Shown here: positions 54,279 to 63,410 of the stretch, in pieces | Layout: each line of letters begins with the position of its first letter | Numbering within the stretch: position 1 is the stretch's first letter | Source of the DNA: an uncultured Candidatus Poseidoniales archaeon | GTDB taxonomy: Archaea; Thermoplasmatota; Poseidoniia; Poseidoniales; Poseidoniaceae | DNA length: 64,000 nt | Assembly: GCA_902605365.1 (NCBI GenBank) | Contig: CACLCM010000005.1 | Coordinates: 3,759 to 67,758, forward strand | Direction of reading: 5' to 3' | The notes under the pieces: generated by a model | Seen by the model: only the letters and a program-made list of their open reading frames with translations | What the model was told of the DNA's origin: nothing | Databases searched by the model: none | Position numbers and translations under genes: made by a program

Positions 54279-55430
54279 TTAAACAGCTCTTGCAAATGTT
54301 TTGTATTGACGATTCATTTCCTTGAAAACCGCCTTCAATTCTGCCTTTAATTCAGCATAGTTTTTCTTGAGTTCAATGATTTTATCTTTTACAGCTTTCT
54401 TTGAGGAAGCCACACAATTTTTCAATTCACGTTTCAGTTTGTGTATTTCATACAAACTCGTACGCATTGAGGATTTGTGTTCATCAATTTGATTTTGAAA
54501 CTCTTCAGTGTCGATATTTCTGGATTCTAATTTACTGAATGCTTTCTTTGTTTTTATATCGATCTTAGCCGCCTCTATCGAATGTTTAGGTGTTGATTTC
54601 AAATTAGATTTTAGTCCTAAGAAATTGAAACTAGTTATCCACCATTTACTCGGGTCTACATGATACCACTTGTGGCCATTTCTGTAGTCGGCCTGGAATG
54701 TGTGGTGGAAGTTGTGATATCCCTCACCAAATGTTAGGAATGCTAACCAAAACGAGTCACGGCTTGAATTTTCTTCTGAGTAGGGCTGTGTGCCCCAGAT
54801 GTGTGCTGCACTATTTATCAGGAAAGTTCCGTGATGTACAAACACTGTTCTAACCAAGCCACCCCATACTAGACAACCAACACCTGTGGCAAATCCTCCA
54901 ATCAAAAATCCAATTAATGCAGGAAGTATAATTCCTGATATAGCACCAATCAAGAATATGTTCCTATGTTGCCACATAATTATCTTGCTAGATTGTAGGT
55001 CTTTGACATTCGAAAAATCATTTTGGAAATTTTCTTCTTCTACCATAACCCATCCCATATGTGAATACCAGAACCCCTTGGCTGCAGAATAAGGGTCATT
55101 TTCAGTGTCGGTTGATTTGTGGTGGTTCCTATGATCGGAACACCACTCTATTATTGAATTTTGAAATGCTCCCGCACCAAATATTGCGTAAAATAATACT
55201 AGCGGCCAAGACGCCTCATGTGACCTGTGTGAGAACAGACGGTGATATCCTACCGTAATCGATAATCCACAGGCGAAATAAAACGCTATGAATACTAGAA
55301 ATTCAGTTAACCCCGGTGCAGATAATAGACTCCAATGTAGAATGACTCCCGCTAAGGCAAGAATTGGGGTTAATAGCAGGAATACAGTATTCAGCCAATT
55401 TATTCTAGTCGCCGCACTGTATTCGGTCAT
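54279..55430 (-). CDS. Membrane acyl-CoA/acyl-lipid delta-9 desaturase (bacterial/OLE1-like) with a coiled-coil tail
   Basis: His boxes HRLFSH, HRNHH and HNFHH; TFLINSAAH; GEGY; DYRNG. Confidence 0.9.
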   Translation of the reverse strand: MTEYSAATRINWLNTVFLLLTPILALAGVILHWSLLSAPGLTEFLVFIAFYFACGLSITVGYHRLFSHRSHEASWPLVLFYAIFGAGAFQNSIIEWCSDHRNHHKSTDTENDPYSAAKGFWYSHMGWVMVEEENFQNDFSNVKDLQSSKIIMWQHRNIFLIGAISGIILPALIGFLIGGFATGVGCLVWGGLVRTVFVHHGTFLINSAAHIWGTQPYSEENSSRDSFWLAFLTFGEGYHNFHHTFQADYRNGHKWYHVDPSKWWITSFNFLGLKSNLKSTPKHSIEAAKIDIKTKKAFSKLESRNIDTEEFQNQIDEHKSSMRTSLYEIHKLKRELKNCVASSKKAVKDKIIELKKNYAELKAELKAVFKEMNRQYKTFARAV

Positions 55431-55506
55431 ATGGCTGGCGCCAAGACTAACGCTATTCAGTATTGGGGTGGGTTGCTAAGCAACACAACCATTGTGGCTA
55501 CTAACT

Positions 55507-56145
55507 TCAGCGTGCGCTTGATGCGATACGTTGAACTTCTTCTTTCTTAGATACAGCGAAAGATGTAACATCACCATTGCTGGCTTTGGTTAGTTCATTG
55601 ATGATACACTGGGTTAGTGTACGCTTGGATTTTGAAGTTCCTTGTTGTGCTCCCTTTGCTAGATTAGCTAATGCGACATCTAAGCGACGGGATGGAGAAC
55701 TGTCTACAGCCTTAGGTTGAGATACTGCTCCGAATTTGATACGAGTGATCTCTTCCATTGGAGCTGCATGGCAAATAGCATCGACAAATGCTTGTAATGG
55801 GTTTTCGCCACTACGCTCTGCCATGGAATCCAGTGCAGTTTCAAATGCCTTTAGTGCTCCTTGCTTCTTACCGGTGTACTTACCAGTTCGCATCAATTTG
55901 TTAACGAACCTCTCTACAACAGAAAGGCGTGCTTTACCAAACCATGCGTTTGCATGTCTTCCACCAGTGTGAGGTACACCGACGGTTGAGAGATTGATGT
56001 AAGGTGCTAATCCAGGGTCTCTGCAAACTACTTCAGTTGCATCATACTTACTGAAAACGAGAGTTCCTATGCCTGCGATTGGCTTGACTTCTTCAGGTGT
56101 AGCTTCTTCTTCGACCACTTCTTGTGTCTCGACTTCTTCACTCAT
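55507..56145 (-). CDS. rps7: 30S ribosomal protein S7
   Basis: APMEEITRIKFG, AVDSSPSRRLD and KKEEVQRIASSAR. Confidence 0.95.
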   Translation of the reverse strand: MSEEVETQEVVEEEATPEEVKPIAGIGTLVFSKYDATEVVCRDPGLAPYINLSTVGVPHTGGRHANAWFGKARLSVVERFVNKLMRTGKYTGKKQGALKAFETALDSMAERSGENPLQAFVDAICHAAPMEEITRIKFGAVSQPKAVDSSPSRRLDVALANLAKGAQQGTSKSKRTLTQCIINELTKASNGDVTSFAVSKKEEVQRIASSAR

Positions 56146-56160
56146 CTAAATCACTCCGAA

Positions 56161-56589
56161 TCATCGTACTGGCTTTTCTTTGCGTCCACGAACCATCTCA
56201 TCAAGTGAGACGCCGTTGACTTGAATGACCTTGTAACGGACACCAGGAATATCTCCGTATGAACGACCCATGCGTCCACCGATACCTTCGACCATCACTT
56301 CATCGTGTTCGTCGATGAAGTTGATAGCACCATCACCAGGTGCGAAGGCTGTGAGTTTGTTACCGTTCTTGATTAGTGAAATCTTGACCGCTTTACGAAT
56401 TCCGGAGTTAGGCTGCTTAGCCTCAATTCCTACTTTTTCGATAACGATACCCTTTGCTTGAGTTGAACCTGCAAGAGGGTCGTGCTTTGCTCTAGATTTG
56501 AGCATACGCTTCTTGTATCTTCGGTCGGACCATCTAAACTTTTGGCGGTCCTTTGCCATCTTGGTTCCTGCGAACAATCCACGACCCAT
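56161..56589 (-). CDS. rps12: 30S ribosomal protein S12
   Basis: [11 protein letters not shown] and [10 protein letters not shown]. Confidence 0.97.
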   Translation of the reverse strand: MGRGLFAGTKMAKDRQKFRWSDRRYKKRMLKSRAKHDPLAGSTQAKGIVIEKVGIEAKQPNSGIRKAVKISLIKNGNKLTAFAPGDGAINFIDEHDEVMVEGIGGRMGRSYGDIPGVRYKVIQVNGVSLDEMVRGRKEKPVR

Positions 56590-56730
56590 GTCAAAACACT
56601 CCATTGAAGCATTTTGCCGACCTACCTCCCCTATTTCATGGTGCCGATTGATTCAGACTGGTTGAATGCGACACGCATCGCTTACTGAACAGTGCCAATG
56701 TTCATGGTTATTCCCCTACAGCAAGGGTAC

Positions 56731-57996
56731 ATGGCATTCCGTGATTTGCTAGGTGCAGCGACTGTAGTTACGGAGCCAACCAGTGTACTGCACGGGATTT
56801 TCGATAAATCTAAATCATCATCCCATGAACTCCTAGTCTTTGAAAACCTCCTCGAGGCTCCCGGCCACAAAGTTGCGGTAAATCTCTTGACAAGGCCAAG
56901 ACTTTGTGCAGCACTATCTATTGAGCCGGAAGATTTCATCGACCTATTGGGCTGGGCAATGGAAAACCCTAGAACACCAAAAATTGTCGAATCAGGTCCG
57001 ATAATGGAATGTACTCAAGAATCCCCCGATTTGACAAAATTACCTATCCCTCACCACTGGCGAGAAGACCGTGGAAGATACATGTCTTCCAGTGTAATAA
57101 TCGCTGAATATGGTGGAATTAGAAATATGTCATTCCATCGACAACTTTTGCGTGATGAAACTCATTTGGTTGTAAGGCTAGTGCCTCGTCATCTTCATTC
57201 TATGACCGGTGAGGCAAGAAATTCTGGCGAAGAAGTAAAAATAGCTGTGATAAATGCTCCAGACCCAGTCGTACTATTGGCTGCTGCAATGTCTTTTGAC
57301 TCTAACATTGATGAATTGACTATAGCATCGGCACTTCACGAAAAAATACACGGCTCACCACTTGAACTAGTTAAATTGCCCAATGGTATTCCAGTTCCTG
57401 CAAATGCAGAATATGCTATGTGGGGCCGTATTACAACCGATAATGATGATGAGGGACCTTATGTCGACATTACTGGCACAGTGGATGATGTACGCCAAGA
57501 ACCAATTATCGAAATTGATGGAATTACTCATCGTAAAGACCCAATTTTCCATGCTTTGATTCCAGCTGAAGCGGAGCATAAGACACTGATGGGTCTTCCT
57601 AGAGCACCTACAATCAAATCAGCAGTTAACGAAGTTGTTGAATGCTTGGATGTTTACATGACCGAAGGCGGGGGCGGATGGCTTGCAGCAGTTGTAAAAA
57701 TCAAAGTAAAAAATGAAGGAGATGCTGTGAAAGCAATTCATGCGGCTCTAGCAGGACATCGTTCCATGAAGATGGTAACTATCGTCGATGAAGACATCGA
57801 CATAACCGACCCAGTAAGAGTAGAATGGGCTATGATGACCCGATGGCAACCAGATTCAGACTCAGTTATTTTGTCAAATCAGAAAGGCTCCAGTCTGGAT
57901 CCTTCACGATTATCGGATGGTCAAACTGCTAAAATTGGTATTGATGCAACTATTCCATGGGGTTATGACCGCTCAGGTTTCATGTCAGTTCAGTGA
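56731..57996 (+). CDS. UbiD-family decarboxylase (candidate anhydromevalonate phosphate decarboxylase)
   Basis: NMSFHR, VPANAE, EGPYVDITG, EHKTLMG, IVDEDID, VEWAM.TR, GSSLDPS and KIGIDAT. Confidence 0.88.
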   Translation: MAFRDLLGAATVVTEPTSVLHGIFDKSKSSSHELLVFENLLEAPGHKVAVNLLTRPRLCAALSIEPEDFIDLLGWAMENPRTPKIVESGPIMECTQESPDLTKLPIPHHWREDRGRYMSSSVIIAEYGGIRNMSFHRQLLRDETHLVVRLVPRHLHSMTGEARNSGEEVKIAVINAPDPVVLLAAAMSFDSNIDELTIASALHEKIHGSPLELVKLPNGIPVPANAEYAMWGRITTDNDDEGPYVDITGTVDDVRQEPIIEIDGITHRKDPIFHALIPAEAEHKTLMGLPRAPTIKSAVNEVVECLDVYMTEGGGGWLAAVVKIKVKNEGDAVKAIHAALAGHRSMKMVTIVDEDIDITDPVRVEWAMMTRWQPDSDSVILSNQKGSSLDPSRLSDGQTAKIGIDATIPWGYDRSGFMSVQ

Positions 57997-58007
57997 GTTG
58001 ATTGGAA

Positions 58008-58985
58008 ATGGATAGCGCATCGGTTCTTCAGCACCCGAGACGCAACCTAGGTAGCCGTCATCGCTCACAGGCTGACCGTTTTGTGAAACTTGCTAAGCAA
58101 GACCCAAGTCGCGAGTCTGAAAACTTAGCCTGGGCTGAACAAAATGCCCAACAAGCAGTTCTGTTCGATTTCACCGATGAACGTAATTGGCGATGTCTCG
58201 CAATTGTAAAAAAAATGCGTAATGATGGTGAAGGTTTAGCACTGGTTTTGGAAGATTTATTCATCGTATTAGGTAGGGACCACGTGCAACTTAACCAATT
58301 GAATGGAGTTAATCATCTCGATGTTGGAATAGAATTACTCGAGGCGGCATTCATTACAGATTCACTTGACCCAGAAAACTGGTTTTCAAGTCTTAAAGGA
58401 GACGATTTAGAAAATTTCACCAATCGATGTAGACGTCTAGATTTTACCGACCAACGTGCGAACATCATCTATGGGAGAAGATTAGAGAGAATAAGAATCG
58501 CAGGTCATGAAGATTTGTTCATCGATTTAGTGCAACATCTCCTAGCACATCGCCCTGCTAACCATGAATTGTGGATGGAATTAGGCCGACTACATGAAAG
58601 AAGGAACGAAATCGACCAAGCTTGGCTATGTTATGACCATGTTCAACAACTCAGGCCAACAGATAAGGTCAGAGATATTTTCCTTGAACGTCTGAAAGAT
58701 GCAATGGATGGCAAAGAAAGCCAACCATGGAGTGGTCCTTCACTTAGAACACGTTCTGATTTCTTGAGCCGGATGCAAAACCTTTCTCAATCTGCTACCG
58801 ATATCGTCGAAGATGAAATTGTGTCTGAACAGAGTGAAACTATTGACCCTGATTTGAAGAAACTACAGATATTGATCGAGTCTGGTGAAGCTGCAGAAGC
58901 ATTCTTCATGGCTCGGTCATTGCTAACCTCAGGTGAGGCTTGGGCTGAAGAGTGGATGGTAAAAGCGCAATCAATGCTTGACTAA
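58008..58985 (+). CDS. TPR-containing protein
   Basis: HELWMELGRLHERRNEIDQAWLCYDHVQQLRP is a TPR unit. Confidence 0.75.
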   Translation: MDSASVLQHPRRNLGSRHRSQADRFVKLAKQDPSRESENLAWAEQNAQQAVLFDFTDERNWRCLAIVKKMRNDGEGLALVLEDLFIVLGRDHVQLNQLNGVNHLDVGIELLEAAFITDSLDPENWFSSLKGDDLENFTNRCRRLDFTDQRANIIYGRRLERIRIAGHEDLFIDLVQHLLAHRPANHELWMELGRLHERRNEIDQAWLCYDHVQQLRPTDKVRDIFLERLKDAMDGKESQPWSGPSLRTRSDFLSRMQNLSQSATDIVEDEIVSEQSETIDPDLKKLQILIESGEAAEAFFMARSLLTSGEAWAEEWMVKAQSMLD

Positions 58986-60013
58986 TTATTCTTAAGAGTC
59001 ATAATTTCAGTAACTCTGGATTTCCAAATCGCTGCTTCACTTCCTTCGCTAATCGATGCACATAACGCTGCCAACATTGCATCTTCAACCTCTGAGTGAG
59101 AAACTAATAAATCTGCAAATAGGTCGACCCTGTCAAGCCTTTTAGCAAGGGTGATTAATGCTCTTAAATCAGGTCTCTCATGTCCTGAAAAACCGCTTTC
59201 GGTATTTTCGACACACCATTCTAGAACTCCGTTTACATCTTCTGGACACACTTGTAATATCGGTGCATCTTCTCCTGCTGACAGTGGTTTAGCATCGACA
59301 ATTTGGTCGGCGAATTTTACTGCACCATCTACGATGTGCTCAGCAGCTATCTCTACGAATATAGCCCCGGATTCAACAGCCAGGCTTTTTTGCTTTGATA
59401 TCATTGCATGAGCATGGGCATTGAATGCGCACCTAGCTGCATCAAAAATATGGCCGTATGCTAAGTGGATCCTTGCTGCTTGAATACGCGATATCGCAAT
59501 AGTCTCATTTGCATGTCCTGCGCTCCTAGAAATCTCACCGTGAACATGTAATGCCATCATCGATTCATCTATTGATAGATGGAATGCTGCTTTATTCAGC
59601 AATGATATGTCGTGGTCTCTACTAGCCTTTGCCACAGACTTTAATCTCGTCTCAGCCCAGGTTAAATCATCGCGTGCTCCTTCGATATTACCGTTCTCAA
59701 AATGTACTAATCCTCTTTCCATTCTTAATCGTCCTTCGATTGCTAAGTCTCTAGTTTCAGGGTCTCTAGCAACTTCAAGGGCGCTTTCTATAGATTCAAT
59801 ATTTATCTTTCCCTCAATTCTCAAAACGAGTAATTCCAATACTTTTGATTCTGCAGGAGTCAGTTTGCCCGATAAGAATTCAACAATTCCACTCCCCAAT
59901 ACCATTCCTAATTCAGCCACACCTAGCCAACTAGTCCACCCCATTTTTTCTAGAAGTGGCTCAAGATCTCTTTCTCCATTATCATAGGCTTCAACAATTT
60001 CTTCAGGATTCAT
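58982..60013 (-). CDS. Hypothetical alpha-helical (TPR-like) protein
   Basis: Start moved to ATG 60013 (GGAGGG RBS), which overlaps the end of the DHH gene. Helical-repeat-like sequence. Confidence 0.7.
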   Translation of the reverse strand: MNPEEIVEAYDNGERDLEPLLEKMGWTSWLGVAELGMVLGSGIVEFLSGKLTPAESKVLELLVLRIEGKINIESIESALEVARDPETRDLAIEGRLRMERGLVHFENGNIEGARDDLTWAETRLKSVAKASRDHDISLLNKAAFHLSIDESMMALHVHGEISRSAGHANETIAISRIQAARIHLAYGHIFDAARCAFNAHAHAMISKQKSLAVESGAIFVEIAAEHIVDGAVKFADQIVDAKPLSAGEDAPILQVCPEDVNGVLEWCVENTESGFSGHERPDLRALITLAKRLDRVDLFADLLVSHSEVEDAMLAALCASISEGSEAAIWKSRVTEIMTLKNN

Positions 60014-60986
60014 CACTTTCCCTCCGGGTACTTGCAAGAATATTGATGAAAGCGGTTTCACCGGCAATTCTGTCACAACGGCCACTCCATCCTGCAGCGC
60101 CATCATGTCCTCCACCTTCTCCACCCATCTTTTCTGCTAATTTTTGCATCATTTTACCAAGGTGGATTCCTGATTTTGTTGATGAGCGTGGTGCTCTTGC
60201 AGTTAGTCGAGTCTCGCCATCTCTATTCCGTGATACGAGTGCAACTTCAGCTCCTGCTTGAACAAGAATGCCAGCCACTCTTCCCTCTAGAATACCGGCA
60301 TATGTGTGAACGAGGTTCCAATTCCCTGATTCAATAGATTGGCATCGTGATAATGCTTTGACAATAGCTCCCCTATCACTAGCAGTAATATTCTCTGTTT
60401 GTATATCTTCGACAAATTGTTGATATTCGAAATCAGCACCATCCAATATCTCAGCAGCACATCGTAGTGATGATTCATCTGCGTGACGGAATCTTCCGGT
60501 ATCTGTTATCAATCCAGCAAGTAGCAACTTCCGAACTTCATTTGTTAGAGTTTTAGGAGAGAATTGATTTAGATACTGGAATACCATTTGAGTTGTAGAA
60601 CGTGCATTGCCACGAACTTCCAAATCATTCTCACCAAATGTCCATTCACATGTGTCGTGGTGGTCAATCACACAAATCGGTACTCCTTTCGGTAGTGTGA
60701 CTCCTGTCTGTGATTCAGCAGCAGCGTCCACGATTATTACCCCACCAATTTTCGATGGCCAACTTGGAGATTCTGATAATTTTCTAAATGGAGCTTCGAG
60801 TTCTTCACACAGTCGGCTTGCCAATCTACCTACATGCCTCCCACATGCCAATAACCCTGGATTTGAAGAGGCTAGAGCAATGGCAGAACCTATTGTATCC
60901 ATATCGCCATTTCTTCCAGCAAGAACAGGAACAGCGCCACGTGATGTGGCTTCTGCAATCCATTCTGCTAATTTGTCCAAGTTCAT
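60003..60986 (-). CDS. DHH-family phosphoesterase
   Basis: GDMDTIGS, IIVD, VIDHH, ITDTGRF and GGGHDGAAG (DHHA1). Sits in its usual position after prefoldin beta. Confidence 0.9.
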   Translation of the reverse strand: MNLDKLAEWIAEATSRGAVPVLAGRNGDMDTIGSAIALASSNPGLLACGRHVGRLASRLCEELEAPFRKLSESPSWPSKIGGVIIVDAAAESQTGVTLPKGVPICVIDHHDTCEWTFGENDLEVRGNARSTTQMVFQYLNQFSPKTLTNEVRKLLLAGLITDTGRFRHADESSLRCAAEILDGADFEYQQFVEDIQTENITASDRGAIVKALSRCQSIESGNWNLVHTYAGILEGRVAGILVQAGAEVALVSRNRDGETRLTARAPRSSTKSGIHLGKMMQKLAEKMGGEGGGHDGAAGWSGRCDRIAGETAFINILASTRRESDES

Positions 60987-61291
60987 CCCTCAAGAGATTG
61001 TTTGAGTTGCTCATAGGTCGAAATTAATTCAGCCTCTCGAGCACCCATGCTGGAAACAGCAACGGACATCTGCTCTAAAGTTGATTCTAAATCCTTTAGC
61101 AATTGTTCTCTATCATCTACTTCTACTAAGATCGTACCCATCTGTCGATGTAGTGCTAAGTCCTCTGGTTGATTCTTTACAGCAGCAATAGTTCCCTCTA
61201 ATTCTCGTAATTGAGCATTGAGTGAAGCGACCTGTTGTCGTGCAGCTTGTACTTCGGCGACTACCATTTGCAATTGTTGAGCGGCTTCCAT
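60983..61291 (-). CDS. pfdB: Prefoldin beta subunit
   Basis: Coiled-coil with HRQMGTILVE. Located in the exosome superoperon. Confidence 0.88.
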   Translation of the reverse strand: MEAAQQLQMVVAEVQAARQQVASLNAQLRELEGTIAAVKNQPEDLALHRQMGTILVEVDDREQLLKDLESTLEQMSVAVSSMGAREAELISTYEQLKQSLEG

Positions 61292-61315
61292 GTTATCTCC
61301 TCAGTAGTAGGGGGT

Positions 61316-61522
61316 TCAAGAATCCATCACTTCGATTAATCGGTTTGCAATTACCAAAGAACGCATTCGTGTATTCCACATAGCCCTTGCATCTTTTGCA
61401 CGGCTTTCTTGTAGGGTGAATGTAAGATTTTCACCATTGATGCTCACGATTTCTTCACTTGCTAGGCTAGCAGCTAAAGATTTAGCATTAGGGGAATCCA
61501 CCGAAAGGCGGACAGACCACAA
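61316..61522 (-). CDS. pcc1: KEOPS complex subunit Pcc1
   Basis: 68 aa with ARAMWNTRMRSL..A. Lies between rpl37ae and pfdB, as in the conserved superoperon. Confidence 0.7.
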   Translation of the reverse strand: MWSVRLSVDSPNAKSLAASLASEEIVSINGENLTFTLQESRAKDARAMWNTRMRSLVIANRLIEVMDS

Positions 61523-61528
61523 AAAGAA

Positions 61529-61888
61529 TCACTCCTCTTCGTCGATTTCACCAGCGACTAGTGCACGCTCGTATTCGATAGCGGCCTGCTGTGCGATGTA
61601 TGCCATGTCAGCAGTTGTTGCACCGTCTGTGTTTCGGCGAATGATTCTGTTATTAGCATCTGAAGCACGTGTGTAAGGCTCCCATGCTCCACCTGCGAAT
61701 GTGTAGTCGCACTTGCTGCAGGACCAAATTCCAACAGACTTGCGTGTAACCTTGCGGTATTGACACTTAGGACAAGTGTATTTGGAGGATTTTTTCTTCA
61801 AAGCCATGCCAGCATTACGTCGAACACTAACACCATATCTTGCCCCGAATCGACCGGTTGCGCCGGCCTTCTGAGTACGCTTTGCCAT
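61529..61888 (-). CDS. rpl37ae: 50S ribosomal protein L37Ae with a C-terminal extension
   Basis: GRFGARYG, CPKC, GIWSCSKC and FAGGAW. Confidence 0.95.
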   Translation of the reverse strand: MAKRTQKAGATGRFGARYGVSVRRNAGMALKKKSSKYTCPKCQYRKVTRKSVGIWSCSKCDYTFAGGAWEPYTRASDANNRIIRRNTDGATTADMAYIAQQAAIEYERALVAGEIDEEE

Positions 61889-61890
61889 GT

Positions 61891-62673
61891 TTAAGCCTCC
61901 TTTGAGTTGACCAGATTAGCAAGTTCGGCGCAGCGTTGCTGTGCGACTCCTAGTATCTCGTCGAATTCCGCCGGCGTGAAAGTTCCCTTTAACCCCTTCT
62001 GAAGTGAATGAAGATGACCTTCATCTCCAAGTGTGATGTGAATTCTCTCATCTCCACCCAATTCTTCTTCATCATTTGCGTCAAGAACATAGCGTCCTCC
62101 AACTCTAGTAAATGAGCACATAGTTGGTGTCATAGATACTGCTAATGGGTAATCTTCACCGATATCAAATCTCTCTGCGGGAACAACTGCTGTTCGTAGT
62201 GCTGCGATAGCACCAAGTGCACATGCATCGAAGATATTTCCTTTGTCAGAAAGAACATGGATATCGATCATCACACCCAGCACTTTCTCACCAGGTATGA
62301 TACAAAGAGAGTCCATGTCAATACATCCTGACTCACGGATTCCACGGTCTACAACTCTACCTAATTCGATAGATTGTGGTGATGGTGGTCCTGGTTCGTA
62401 CTTTCTTCCAGCGACTGGTCTAAGTTCAGCTCCACACATTAGAGAACCTTGTGCAGGTCGGTCTGGCCAAGGTGTTCGAATCTCGAATTTGACACCAGCA
62501 TAAATTATGGTGTCACCCCAAGTTACCTTAGCGCTACCTTCTGCATTGTATAGGCAATCAGTTTCTAGAGTAATATCTCTAGAGTCCCAACGACCACGAC
62601 CATCTATCCTCTGGTCATTTGCAGCAAGAGCAGCAAGTTCTTGACGTAGCAAACTAGGTACTAGTTCTACCAT
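61891..62673 (-). CDS. rrp42: Exosome complex subunit Rrp42
   Basis: RIDGR, AEGSA, ELGRVVDRGIRES and GNIFDA. Confidence 0.93.
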   Translation of the reverse strand: MVELVPSLLRQELAALAANDQRIDGRGRWDSRDITLETDCLYNAEGSAKVTWGDTIIYAGVKFEIRTPWPDRPAQGSLMCGAELRPVAGRKYEPGPPSPQSIELGRVVDRGIRESGCIDMDSLCIIPGEKVLGVMIDIHVLSDKGNIFDACALGAIAALRTAVVPAERFDIGEDYPLAVSMTPTMCSFTRVGGRYVLDANDEEELGGDERIHITLGDEGHLHSLQKGLKGTFTPAEFDEILGVAQQRCAELANLVNSKEA

Positions 62674-63410
62674 CAAGCCTCACCTCCATTCTTTTCCATA
62701 TATCTGCGCTTGAGAGCATCCACCATTAATTCATGAATTTCTCTAGCAGCTTTCAAATTGTATTCCATACAAGTGTTGTACTCATCAACAGATAAGTCTC
62801 CATCCATCTGCAGGAACGCAATCTCTCCGGTAGTAGGTAGGATACCCATAGGCAAATCTGCTTGCCCATAGTTGTCTTCAGCCTTGTCTAGGTCAAGAAC
62901 GACTGTGTCCTCGATCTTACCACTTGCTACGCCTACAATCATATCTCTCATCGGAATTCCCGCATCAGCAAGAGCAACTGCAGCTGCAGTAATTCCAACA
63001 CAACGAGTTCCAGCTTCAGCAGCAAGAATTTCTATTTCGACTCGAATCTTTGAGCGTGGGAATCTCTCAACGAGAACTACGCTTTCAAGAGCCTCTGCTG
63101 TAACCTTACTAATCTCACGAGAACGTCGATTGTAACCTGGGCGAATTCTGTCGCTTGTTGAGAATGGCGCCATGTTGTATCTTACATCTATGACTGCACG
63201 GTCTTGGCGCTGAATCTTACGAGGGTGAGCTTCCATTGGACCATATACTGCACAAACAGCAACATTTAGTCCATGCTTTACCCAAGCAGAACCATCTGCA
63301 GCAGGCAAAATACCTGCTTCGATTTCAACTTCTCTCATCTCATCGACTTTGCGACCATCTAATCGCAAGCCATCTTCACGTAGTAATTTTACATCTCCGT
63401 ATCCGCCCAT
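62673..63410 (-). CDS. rrp41: Exosome complex exonuclease Rrp41
   Basis: RLDGR, ADGSA, YNMAPFS, RRSREIS, AGTR, EDNYGQADLP and LQMDG. Confidence 0.95.
   Translation of the reverse strand: MGGYGDVKLLREDGLRLDGRKVDEMREVEIEAGILPAADGSAWVKHGLNVAVCAVYGPMEAHPRKIQRQDRAVIDVRYNMAPFSTSDRIRPGYNRRSREISKVTAEALESVVLVERFPRSKIRVEIEILAAEAGTRCVGITAAAVALADAGIPMRDMIVGVASGKIEDTVVLDLDKAEDNYGQADLPMGILPTTGEIAFLQMDGDLSVDEYNTCMEYNLKAAREIHELMVDALKRRYMEKNGGEA

Noticed and set aside
56430-56612. 60-aa alternative-frame ORF with an upstream GGAGGT overlapping rps12
   Set aside because: It lies almost wholly inside the highly conserved rps12 and has no protein-like features. The SD spacing is long.
60003-60124. 122-nt overlap between the DHH gene and the next ORF
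   Set aside because: It shrinks to 11 nt with ATG 60013, which has a GGAGGG RBS.
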